From contig BCIN01000003.1 in NCBI GenBank assembly GCA_039545335.1, positions 1,240,001 to 1,303,384 of the forward strand: a stretch of 63,384 nt of DNA, read 5' to 3'. Position numbers and translations under genes: made by a program. The DNA is from Kondoa subrosea (Eukaryota). Each line of letters begins with the position of its first letter. Position 1 is the first letter of the stretch. Positions 1 to 11,571 of the stretch are shown in pieces. The notes beneath the pieces were generated by a model. It was not told where the DNA came from and ran no database searches. It saw nothing but the letters and a program-made list of their open reading frames with translations.

Positions 1-965
1 AGGAAGAAGAAGAAGGGAAAGAAGGTTTGACTGAGGAAGGACGTGATCCAGTGACGCTTGGACGAGCGAGACCAGTCTGAGCTTGACGTTTCGCAGGCTT
101 GACCTCGGTGGGAGGTGAATCTGTGCGATCGGAATCATACTCATCACCAGAGGGATGAATTGCTGATATCACCGCACCTTTGACAATCTGTATCTCCTCC
201 CATGGAACGAGATTGAACCCATAGTGTTTATCATCATCTTGTTGATCGATAGCTTCATCCACACCTGCAGCAAACCAAGGTATCGCATTGAGCAAATCGA
301 AAACTGAAGTGTCTTTGGTATAGTCGGGCATATCTTCCGGTGGATGGTATGGTTCATCTGCAACTTGATTAGGACTGCATTGAGCAGCAAAGACGGAAGT
401 TACCTATAGCGGTATTAGTCGCAGCACATTCGACTTCCCTTTGACTCCAATCGATGTCCTCTGCTTCCTCCGACTCCTCTACCACAGCTTCGACTTTCTG
501 AGGCGTAGGACTCAACAACTTCTTCCTCGCCCAAGGATTAGGACTAGGCGTTTTGAGTAATTCGGCATTGAGCTTCAAAGCAGGTAAAGGCGTTTGAATC
601 AATTGAGCTTTCTTGAGTGCTGTAGGTGTCTTGGGTGCATCTTTGGTCACTTGACGTGAAGCAGAAGGAGACCGTTTGACTGTGGTGTTGGTCTTATCTC
701 TGAGTAACAGACGATTCCCAGGTGCGACAGTCAATGATTTGCCTGTTCAGCGTCAATGGAGCAATCAGTAAGAGTACCGAGAGGACCAACCTTGCTTCTC
801 TTGAGCCATTACAACGCGTTGAGCATCTTTGACAGTTTGAACCAGCCTACTCGTCCCAGCTCCTTGCGATTTGCTCAGCTTCGCTCCAGGCGTAGCTTTA
901 TATGGTCCTCCCTTGATACCAGTGGCTGGATTCTCGGTATCAACGTAGATTCTTGAACGCAACAT
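1..965 (-). CDS. Securin-like / APC-C substrate-like protein (3' end runs off the window)
   Basis: Spliced frame MLRSRIYVDTEN...EKQ|GKSLTVAPGNRLLLRDKTN (D-box-like RxxLxxxxN)...EEAEDIDWSQREVECAATNTAI|DEPYHPPEDMPDY, then an S/P/R-rich tail. Two ~50-nt GT-AG introns. The CDS is clear; securin identity is inference. Confidence 0.5.
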
Positions 966-1118
966 CGTTGAGTTGGAACAACGAGCAAGTTCGAAAAATA
1001 TACAAGTCTTATACCTCGCGACTGTGCACTTGCTAGTTCTTGAAAGAGTGTGCCGCACCTGTGTCCACCATAGCGACTAGCTGGTACAACCTGTGCTTGC
1101 TCTCTCAAGCCAGTTGCT

Positions 1119-3038
1119 ATGTATAATCAGCCTACTCCGCTGCCCTTCCCAGGCGAGCAGCAAGCATTCTATCCTCAGCAACGTCAGCAGCAGCCCTACT
1201 ATGAGCAACAGCAACACTTCTACCAGCAATCTGGCCCTCCTCTGCCGCAGTATCAAGATTCAAGGTATCAGCAGCAATACCCTCAACCCTATGCTTCTAC
1301 AAGTTCAGCTCCTTATCCTTACTATTCTGGTCCACCTCAACAGGCGTATAATGCTCCTATGCCTCAACAGATAGCTCATCAGCAGTTCCAACCGCAGTAC
1401 CAGAATTATTCCCCTGTGTCAGCTCAGCCTCTACCTCAAAGAACAGCTTCAGGCCCACCAATACAAGGAGGTCGTCCACTACCTATGCCTCCTCCGAAAC
1501 ATAGAACATCTTTACCTGTTTTACCTCAACGTAGCGATGCACCTCCGATCGTCGATACCAATACAAGACCACCAGCTTCTTATGGTGCTGCTGTAGCTTC
1601 ATTATCAAGAGAACAATCGAATGCGTCTTCTTCTTCTGCTACTACTTTACCTTCTTCTCCTGTTTCGTCTGCACCTGTTCTACCCAATCGAAGTGAAACG
1701 CAGCAAGGATCAGTTAGGAGAAAAGGCTGGGCAAGTTGGGATAAAGGCGTCTCTGCAAGCTCAAGCGTTGATACTGTGGTTGAAGAGCTGGCTGGAGTTA
1801 GACTGGACGAAAGCGCTTCGAAACCTGCTTCATATCAAGCTTCGAATTCTTCCAACAGGACGAATGCAACATCATCGACTATTGCTGAAGAAGCTACAAT
1901 AAGTCCATCAGCAGAAGTGCCGACTTTCACAATATCGCAAGAGGAAGAACCAGCCAAGGTTCCAGCTACTCAACCAGTCCCATCGTTTTCGTTCTCGGTC
2001 GATGAAGATTCTTCTCCTTCCAAAGCTCAAAGTTCTTCCCCTGCAGTACCTACTTTCTCGTTCTCGACAGATGCCGACTCGTCTTCCTCAGAAGCCGGTC
2101 CATCCATCTCTTTCTCTGTTGCTCCTCCAACACCAAAAGCTGAATCTATTTCGTCCACATCTGATTATTTCCCTAAAATCATTGCTGCTTCTCAACCTTC
2201 CACCTCTTCACAACCTTCCACGCAAATTAGTGGAACAACTACTACTACTTCATTAGCTCATGAAATGCTTTGTGGTGGTTGTGAACTACCTATAGCTGGT
2301 AAAGTAGTTGGCGCAATGAAGAGAAGATGGCACCCTGATTGTTTTCAATGCGTTGAATGCTCGACTTCGTTGGAACATGTTGCATTTTATGAATACGATG
2401 GAAGACCATATTGTCATTTCGATTATCATGAGGTTAGTCAATTAATCTTTTGAGTAGAAGATCGTGAAACTGATGTTAAAGAATGTGTGGATAGAAATAT
2501 TCAATCAGATGCTATCATTGCAAAACTCCTATAGTTGACGAAACCTATATTACGCTTTCGGATCCAACATTAGGTGATCGAACGTATCACGAACTTCATT
2601 TCTTTTGTTCCCACTGTGGTGATCCATTCATCGATCCCAAGAGTTTAGGTACTGGTTCAAAAGAAGGGGAAACGCAAGCGAAACCGTTTGTCGTTCATGA
2701 AGGTTATCCTTACTGCGAAACTTGCAACATGAAGATGAATAAACCGAAATGTTTCAGTTGCAAGACTCCGATTGTTGAAGACGTATTGAGGGCGATGGGA
2801 AAAATCTGGCACGAAGAATGTTTCATTTGCAGTGTGAGTACTCTTGTTGCAGTAGCGTTGGATCATGGTGATAACAGCCGAATTTGTAGAGATGCGAGAA
2901 GCCTTTCGAAGATTCTCAATTCTTTGTTCGAGATGATGAACCACTGTAAGTGTTTGCTTTTGTATCGTATGGCTACTGCTGATAACAGAATATAGTTGCG
3001 AGGGTTGTTATAGAATCATGTTAAGATCCGACTTGTAA
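1119..3038 (+). CDS. Paxillin-like LIM-domain protein
   Basis: Q/P/S-rich N-terminus, then tandem LIM zinc fingers (CGGC...WHPDCFQCVEC...YCHFDY; CYHC...HELHFFCSHC...YCETC; CFSC...WHEECFIC). Three introns, TAA at 3036-3038. Confidence 0.88.
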
Positions 3039-3199
3039 TGCAATTGTCAATTGAACGCAAAGCAATTACAATTATCTCTTGTTGCGAACATCTCAACCGA
3101 GTAATGACGGAAGACTCAATAAGACTGAAAAGGCTTGAATGATACCTCTGAAGATGCTACTCTGTTTCTAAGCTGCTCTACAATGCTATGTTCCGCTGC

Positions 3200-3480
3200 A
3201 AAAAAAAGCTAAAGTAGGCCAGAGCTTGCCGAAGCAAGTCAAAGCTTGAGAGAACTATTGGGTATTAAAAACCTGTTGTTCACTTGTGCCAGGTTACCAG
3301 AAAGCAAACGGCCAACACAAGGATTCCAGGAAGAGAAGAACTTTTAAAGACCGGTCTCAACCAGTCTCTCGAAGTCTTCTCTTTATCTATTGGGTATGAT
3401 GCAGACACTTGAAACCTCGCCAGAGGGTTACCAGAAAGCAAGCGGCCAAGGCGAGGTCAAGGAAAGCTAGGGTAACACAT
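3200..3480 (-). ncRNA. Putative structured non-coding RNA with duplicated hairpin module (unassigned)
   Basis: Two copies of TTGGCCGYTTGCTTTCTGGTAACC, each closed by a different stem and followed by ATACCCAATAG. Long hairpin between the copies, CTTGC-TTCG-GCAAG hairpin, then T8. No ORF. Confidence 0.45.
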
Positions 3481-4625
3481 GAAGGTATCGAATGACTTTG
3501 GTATGAAATGAAGGGAATTTAGATGAGGGGTATCGAATGGAAGGAATAGAGATGAGCGAATGAGGAAAAAGAAGAGAAGGAGAAAATCAGCCGGTTTTAT
3601 GAGGATTTGGGTGGCTTGCGGTTGTGGTTCAAATGATTTTTAATTCCGTCCGTACCTTGAATAAGACTTATGCCAGCCCATGTACTGATATCGCGCTATA
3701 TACTGTACATTACGTAGTATAGACAGATCCAGAGCACAGCAAGGGCTGTAGACAAGTGATAAGTCATGTACAGCATGCTGTCAAAAACCAATCTTTAAAA
3801 TGCCCATGGCATGTTGAGAATGTTCTTGGAAGATTGTGTAATATTGTACTACAAACTTCTGCGCGAATTGTATTTGAAGGTCCAGAGATAGCAAAGAAAA
3901 CGCCAAATGGTCGCGTTCTGGGAAAAGCCAGATGTGATTTTTTGACGTTGCGCGTGCCTTGACAAGTAAGTCTATGACAGTGCAACTACCTCGAAGCAAA
4001 TGTCCAGGAAAGCGGAGTTGAGTCAGCGGTATGCGAATGAGACTAGACAAGAGTAGAGCCGTCTTCAGAATTTTAGGCTTGGAAATGCTTTCATATCACA
4101 GATTGGCAGTGTATCAAGAGAACTAATTCATACATTGGATGCAGTGTTACAGCTTCTTTGCGTTACAGACAAAAGAATAGACCGTGGAAGCCAAACCCAT
4201 TGCTAGAGTCAAAGCTTTGAGGATTGCTGACACGGCTCGGAAGTGTATTTGAAACTGAGTATGACGATACGCAGCTGGTCCGGATGCGGACAGGCTGTAT
4301 TTCTGGGCAATTTCTTTATTCAAGTTGAATTCGATTATGGGAGCCATGCAGGAGAATAATGCGTTGCACTAGGCTATAAGATGAAAAGGCATGCTCCAGA
4401 TTAAACCTCGGGTATAGACAAGCCTGGTATTAGTAGTCGAGTCGTTGCGACACGACGAGGGGCCGGGCAATTTAATTGGCCAGGCAGCCTGCATAGTGTC
4501 GGGCGAAACTAGCGGTGTTTGCAGTGAGAGCTAATGATCGCATGCTCACATTATCTTACACTACTTCCCATCACAAACTTGACACCTCACAAATCGGTAC
4601 AGCCTAGCCACGAACTCAAGACACT

Positions 4626-6405
4626 TCAGGCTTCCGGGGACTCTTCTTCTTTCGCATGCTGTAAGACTTCGACTATAGGCTTCAGCCTCTTGAGCGCAAG
4701 TCGAGCATCTGCTTCCACTTCAATAATGCACATCACCGCAAATTGATCAACTCACAATCTTGCCTTAACGCGAAGGTGAATCTGAAAAAACCTGGTATTT
4801 GACAATGATCTATAATGCACGTAAGTATGTATTAGACACAATGGAGAGTTACTCACACTGCTGACCAGGGGCGACGAATAATTTCGCCTCATTCAACATT
4901 CGGTTGAACAGTTCCTTCTCTGCAGCGAAGCCCTCTAGCTCTTTCCCTTCCGCATCATGTTTCGGTAGAAAGGGTCTTAGATCCACCCAGATAAAGAGAC
5001 CAGCTGTGGCAGGTTGATACTGTATATTGTATTTCTTGAAATAGGTAGTAAAGAGATCGTATGATTGCGAAAGACGGTGCTTGTTCTCTTCCACATAATA
5101 TGTAAGCATCCTTTCATCGTTCAACAGAGAAGACCAAAGAGCGTCCTATGTCACGACTTAGTGATGCGGAAATGACGGTAAGCCAGAACAAATACCGCAG
5201 CAGCTGAAACTTTCATCAGAATGGTAGTAGATAGAACAGCTCTGATTAGCTCTGGATTGTGTTGCGAAACGAAGACGCCAATTCTCAGACCATTCGCTCC
5301 AAAATCTTTGGACATGCCATAAAGACAATGAACTCGTGCTGGATCGCATCCCGTTTCTTTCTTGACATCGATAGATAGTATAGAAGTGAAGGGCAGAGGA
5401 TTTGGTACATCTGAGCTTGACATTCAGATTATGTCTCGAACTCAAAGATCATAACTCACCTTTGCTAGGAAAGACGGAAAGAGCATATATTTCGTCCGAG
5501 AGAAGGTGTAAGTCATATTCTTCTGCCAATTTACAATACGCCAAAAGACTTTCGCGAGGATAGACGAAACCTGACCACTTTGTCAGCTAGTTTTTGCAAG
5601 CAGTAAGCTTCATGCTGACCTAAAGGATTCTGGGGTGAAGAAAGTATGATACACTTAGGCTGCGGCCCGTCTGGCTTCTTTCGCAGCTCTTTGATTTTGT
5701 CCTCGTATGCTTTGACAGCATCCGTTCCAGCTGGATCGACATTATCCATCTCAACAGCTACAGCTACGATACCGTTGCGCAGAGATAAGTCGTTATCGAA
5801 GCCATTATAGTACGGAGCAGCAATCAGAACCCTGTATATACGTGAGTATTAAATCATTATCGGTCAACAGAACACGTACGCATCTCCTGGATCACATATC
5901 CTGTCGGACACATGATCTATTACTGTACTGAGACCGGTTCCCGTGACGATATGCTCTGGCAGTACTGGTGTAATAGGCTTGAAATACTTGTCGAAGAAAT
6001 TGCCTAGAGTTTTAAGCAGCCTACTTGAGCCTCCCAGCTCATCTCCATAGGTGAGGTCTATATTCTATTGGTGAGTTTTTATCCGAAGAAGTCAACTGCA
6101 TGCTCATGCTCACCTATCGGCTGTAGATTGAGATTGGCGTTGAAGTAATCCAGAAGCTCTTGATACATCAATGTGCTCTCGCTGCAACCTGATGAGTCTA
6201 GCTAAGTGTCAGCTCTGAGATAACTCACGCTACACCACAATTAAGCACGCCATCTGTGTTCAAATCGGAATATAGGCTGCCAATAAATCAGTTTCCTGGA
6301 CAAAGCATGAGGTTCCTGTACATACTCGCTGAAGATGCGCTTGATGTTCTCCAGAGCTGGATTGTCTGCACCATACTTCTGTCCGTTCTTGGAAAGCTTC
6401 ACCAT
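4626..6405 (-). CDS. PLP-dependent aminotransferase class I/II, ACC-synthase-like (paralogue 1)
   Basis: Motifs YGDELGGSSRL, APYYNGFD, SPQNPLG, SDEIYA, YGMSKDFGANGLRIG (PLP lysine), AGLFIWVDLR. Multi-intron. TATATTTA lies just upstream of the start. Confidence 0.9.
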
Positions 6406-6576
6406 CTTGCCTTTGACTGTTCAAGGCAAACCGCGTCATAAATATAAAGGAGCACTCGAAGCTCAGCTCGTGTACAACCGTGCTATTGGCGTGTTACAGA
6501 CCAGCAATATATGAATTGACTCATCACGATAGCTTGATCTTTCCTGCGGCAATAACACTTCAGTGTCCTTCGCACA

Positions 6577-8485
6577 TTATTCCTTTTCGATATACAATGG
6601 GTACAATTCTCCACTGAACTCGGCTTTTCCAATCTTCAAACATACACTGACTACATCGCTTCCATCCATTCGGGTCTTCCATAAATCTTTTCGTCCGGAT
6701 CTGCCTCTTCCCATTTCCCAGACTCCTTTTTTCTGAAGCAGCAGAGGAACATCAGACTACTTCAACCAGTAGAGTGAACGCGCATGCAAAGAGCTCACAC
6801 GTATGCTTCCACCTCATCATTGATCCATAAAACCAATTTCTTCACATCCGGCACATTTTTTGATAAACTGAGGCAGAGCACATCTTTGAGATTTGAAGGA
6901 GCATTATCCATCCGAATCATTAATTCTTTGCAGTGCTTGAGTACTGCGGGTATTCGTGTCAAGAACTGTCAAACAGAATCAAGTTAGTGTTAGTCCGGTA
7001 TGGATTCAGCCTCATGAACCCACTGGATTCAATTTGTTGTGAACTAAATCTTCTGCAGTATCTAGATCATTAACGAAATCGATGCAAACCCTTGCTGCTG
7101 AAGCATCGAATATCCTTGACGGATCTACTCTATCATCCTATACAGCAAATACTCAGATCCCTCATATGTATTTTGTCATAGCAACTCACATTGATGAAAT
7201 CCACGTCACAAGCCAGCGATTCTAATTTCACTGCTCCAGCTCTATTCAATTCCTTCTGATTCGTAAAATCATTCGGCCAATTATCCACATCGATTTCAAC
7301 CAATTTGTTTCCCGGCCTTTCTAGAAGAGTAATGATATCTGTAAGATGACCGCTGAAGGAAGTCATAATGGGTAAAGTATCGGCCGAGTTGAATGATTGG
7401 ATGGGATTGCAAGGAATTTGTAATTTGACGGTAGTCAATGCAGGATGTTTGGTGAAGAAGTCACTGAAAGCACTTGCATTTGTTCTGTCGGTTTCAGAGT
7501 CAAGTTCCGTAGTTTCGCCTTGAGTTTGAATAGCTCGAAATGCTTTCAAATGTGGTAAATGAGTGTTTCTGAGTAAATCATTCCAAGAAGTGAGTTGCAG
7601 ACCGGAATCTTCAATTGACAAAGATCGAATGCCGGCATGTGCCGTGAGCCATTTGCCTAAGCCTGTTCCGGCATCATGTGGTGCTGTTACCAAATCAGAC
7701 AAATGCTGATCATTGGCAGGGAATGGGCACTTACAGCTGATGCTATCGAAGTCAAAGCAGAGATTGACTGTTTGAAGATTGTGCAGCACGTAGTACTGTA
7801 GAAATGACTCAGTACGACGATTTCCTGTTATCAAGGGAAGCAACCTACTCGCGAATAGAACATCAGAAGTACGTCTTCGCAGTGAAGATTTGCCGACAAG
7901 ACCTCCAGGTGTATTAATTTTGCACGCGTGTCAGGCAGCCAGCGAACCATAGGACGATCTGGTCCTAATGGTAGATCAAGCTAAAAGAAATTAGTAAGCC
8001 AAGGCGACTAATGACCGCCAGATACCTACCTCTACTAAATTCGAGCATTGCTTTAGGATATGTATGACGACAAAGTTTGCCAAATCAGCTTCGGTTCTCT
8101 CGATGTCCTGCAGCTTTTTTTGTATACGCGAATATTCCGGATCACGCATTAAAGCATCCGTCTCTTGTTCATCCTGTAAGCTTTCCATTCTAAGCGTTAT
8201 ATCGCGTAAGAACTTCGCATCCTCTTCGGACAGATCAGATGGTTCCATATGATTCTCGACTTTGATTGCCTTGATCTTGCTGGCATTATCTGGATTGTAT
8301 GATAGAGCGAGTACAAAGCGATCTGCATGCGGCAAGCAGTCAAAGTAGATATTCGAGTAAAGCGCCTTTTGAGCTTGTTCGTGAAAGATTTTCAGGCAAG
8401 TGCATGCCCAGAGAGTAGGGACATCATCAACCAAGGGCACAATCAACGCAAGAATTTCTGCTGGGAGGTCTTGCAGGATAGCCAT
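6577..8485 (-). CDS. F-box-like / LRR (RNI-like) protein
   Basis: N-terminal LQDLPAEILALI...ALYSNI F-box-like motif, then degenerate LxxLxL repeats over several exons. 3' end uncertain (6577 or ~6650). Confidence 0.65.
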
Positions 8486-8555
8486 GGGGGATCTACTTCA
8501 CTGTCAGAAGCAAGCTGCTGGATTGTCATAAACAGCGAAGTTTGGCCGGTTCGCA

Positions 8556-9993
8556 ATGTGCAGACTGCTGGTAGTCAAGAGTGTAGCTCCAGTCTCACTG
8601 GCTGACCTCACAACTCGACCAAGTGAGTGAGCATTGCCTTGTGCTCTTGCGTTGCTAATGTTTCGAATATAGATCATAGTATCATTGCTCAAGCTAGTGA
8701 CTGTCGTTTGCGGCTGGATGTACAGCATCCCAGGGCTGTTATAGCCATATACTTATATATTAGATGCAGGGAGGACCAATCAATGCAGACGGCTTCGGAA
8801 TTGGTTGGTATGATCGAGACTCCGAGTCCTCTTCACCGAATCCATGTATCTTCACTTCATCTACAGTATGTCGACATTATTATGCCTCAGCAAGAGTCTT
8901 CTTCCGCTTATGCGTGTAATTTACAGCCAGCTTGGTCAAACAGGAACTTGCATCGAATAGCAGAGAAGGTCAAATCACCATTAGTGTTCGCTCATGTTCG
9001 AGCATCGACTACCGGTTCCTTATCAGAGGAGAATTGTCATCCTTTCAACTACAATGCTTTGCTCTGGATGCACAATGGTGGAATTGCTGACTTTCAGCAT
9101 AAGATCAAGAGGAAATTACAGAATGCTTTATCGGATGATCTTTACAGTATACTACCCTTGTGCCAAATCCCTCAATTCCGCAACTTATCTTTTCACTACT
9201 AGGCTTTCCTTCTGGATCAACTGATTCCGAATGGGCTTTCGCTCTCTTCCTCCAACTTCTTTCCGGCTTAGTACCAGACCTCAATGCTCCTTCTTTCCCA
9301 TACACCGTTCTTAAACAAGCTATGCTACAAACCATTGCAATGCTAAATAAATGGACTAAAGAAGCTGGTTGTTCTGAACCTTCTTTACTCAATTTCGCAG
9401 TCACTGATGGTCATTCGGTTATCGCTACGAGGTATATCAGTAGTAAGACGGACGAAGCCGCTTCCTTATACTTTAGGTGAGCTTTCCTTCATGTTTTTAC
9501 TTGTGAGAAGATACTTAATTCGCAGCAAGTACTGGAACGAGTTTCGAGGAAGAACCTGTTGGAAGCGGAACGTACAGAATGCGGAAATATGACAAGCGAG
9601 AGTCGATCATCTTGATCGCTAGTGTGAGTCATTATGGTCTTCTGTTGGCTCGCAAGCTAAGCTGTCACTTACAGGAACCTCTGACCTTCGAAAAGGCGGA
9701 TTGGCTGGAGATACCTAATCAGACTCTGATCGTTATTACGCCGAAGGTGAGTTTCATATCGGATATCGGAGCAACAAGCTGATCTAGTGGATAGATGAAC
9801 CTGCTCCAGATGCCTATTGTCGACGACTTCTTCCAGAACACGTTAGTGACTGCTTCTATGCTGAGACAATACGCTGAGAAATTTGCATAGCGTACACCCG
9901 CAACGAGATCGCAACTTCGCAGCTTCAAAAGGTCTCTCATATTCAACAGGCGCTTCAAAGTTGCGCAACATCTCAGTTCACGTGGCTGCTTGA
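8556..9993 (+). CDS. DUG3: Class II glutamine amidotransferase, DUG3-like (glutathione degradation)
   Basis: Starts MCRLL (Ntn Cys2). QPAWSNRNL, FAHVRAST, ENCHPF, MHNG, GSTDSEWAFALFL, EAASLYFS, IASEPLTFE. Confidence 0.88.
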
Positions 9994-10104
9994 AGTCTCT
10001 TTTGGTTTCAACACTCTTGTAACACGTTTGTCTCGGTCTCATTGGAATACCCAAGTCATGCCTTGTAATCAAATGTACATGTCGTAGAACCCTTACAACT
10101 TGCT

Positions 10105-10463
10105 CTATTCAGGCCCAGTGCCTCCTGGTATCAGCATAGCAATGTTATTCCCATTCAGTAGCGTTTCTTTGAGCTGTTTCTTCACTCTCCCTTGAGGTGT
10201 CTTTTCGCTGTCATTTCAACATGAGACAATTAGCTCTATGTAGATAGGGAAAGGCTCACTATTCAGTCACTTCCGTCAAGACCATATTCACATAATCGTC
10301 AAACCCTGATAACGTCCCTACAAACTCTTTGTCTGACTTCATAATAACCCAAATTTTCGAGCCAATAGCTCTATCGATCAGTTCTTTTCGTGCTTGATCA
10401 GCTCATTCCTTCTGCGCTGACCGAATGGAGCATACCGAGAGGCAAGATCTGACTCCCACTCAT
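10105..10463 (-). CDS. LSM5: U6 snRNA-associated Sm-like protein LSm5
   Basis: Spliced: [50 protein letters not shown]...[14 protein letters not shown]. Two introns. Confidence 0.93.
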
Positions 10464-10516
10464 GATTGGCTTTTAAGAGATCACGGTTTGTCTATTACCA
10501 CCATTCGACCAGTTTG

Positions 10517-11260
10517 ATGTCGAGCGATTCTCTGTTGAGGTCTTTGTTAGGTTGTAAACCGAACAGCAGCAAGTTTATATCCTATTGCGCTTCTATTGGT
10601 ATACCACAAACTGAGATCCCCAGCGATACGAATGTTGTCAGTCAATTCATTCGTCGTTTACTATTGGTTTAAGAATATCTTATTGAAATGAAATGGGATG
10701 AACAGTACCCCGATTCAATCTATATAAATTTCAAAGCTCGAGGTCTTTCATTCATCTTCTCCCCTTCAAAAGGTTACGCACCAAAATACTCTACTCCCTA
10801 TTCTTCACTGTCTTTCGATCAATTATCTTTATCCGCTATTGATCTTTACAATACTCCAAGTGATATTGCTGCTAGAAGAGCTAAAGCAGGGAACAAAATC
10901 TTGTTTTCTGAATATGAAAGTTTACCGTTGTTACTTAAAGGGGAGAAAGAAGTGGAATTGAATGCTAATACTACGGGGAGGATCTTCATTGAGAAACTAG
11001 GTGAACCGGGTAGGAAAGGTGGTGAGAATATTGGGATTTGGTTGGTGTGTCTCGGTTCTTTCGATTGACAAAGAAGAAGATCTGATGCGAATGTATACTA
11101 GGAATGGGTCGAGTTGGGCTTAAAAGTCGAATTGGATGCTAGAGGGAATTTAGCTTGGGAAAGAGCGGCAGATGAGAAATGGAACGTGGTTACTTTGTTC
11201 AAGAAGGGTGATTTAAAAGGCAAAGCAGATGAAGGAGAACATGATGATGTGATTCTTTGA
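10517..11260 (+). CDS. Hypothetical protein (3 exons)
   Basis: Coherent spliced frame MSSDSLLRSLLG...YPDSIYINFKARGLSFIF...KLGEPGRKGGENIGIWL|EWVELGLKVELDARG...W. Function not recognised. Confidence 0.7.
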
Positions 11261-11571
11261 ACTATGGTGAGTTACAGTACTGCCAAATAGCTCGATAATT
11301 GACATTCGAGGTAGGGCGGCTCGCTTATATAAGCGAAGGTGATAAGCTGATAATTATCGCAAGGGTCTTGTCATGTGAGCTACTCATCTTTCCTTGTGCA
11401 TCTTGCGCTCAACGGTTTGCCTTGATTTTACTTCCACAGAGCTGTCAACAGGAGAAAGGTGTCGGACTGCCGCTTCAGAAGGGTTCTCAAATTCATGAGT
11501 TGTTCTTAGACTCAGTCAACGATACCCTTATCTTGTATTCCCAGACTTGCACAATACTGTAACAAATCAAC

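Noticed and set aside
3255..3460. CRISPR-like or telomerase-template reading of the repeats
   Set aside because: Only two copies in a eukaryotic context. GTTACCCTAG and TAACCCTC are not a clean CTAACCCTAA template.
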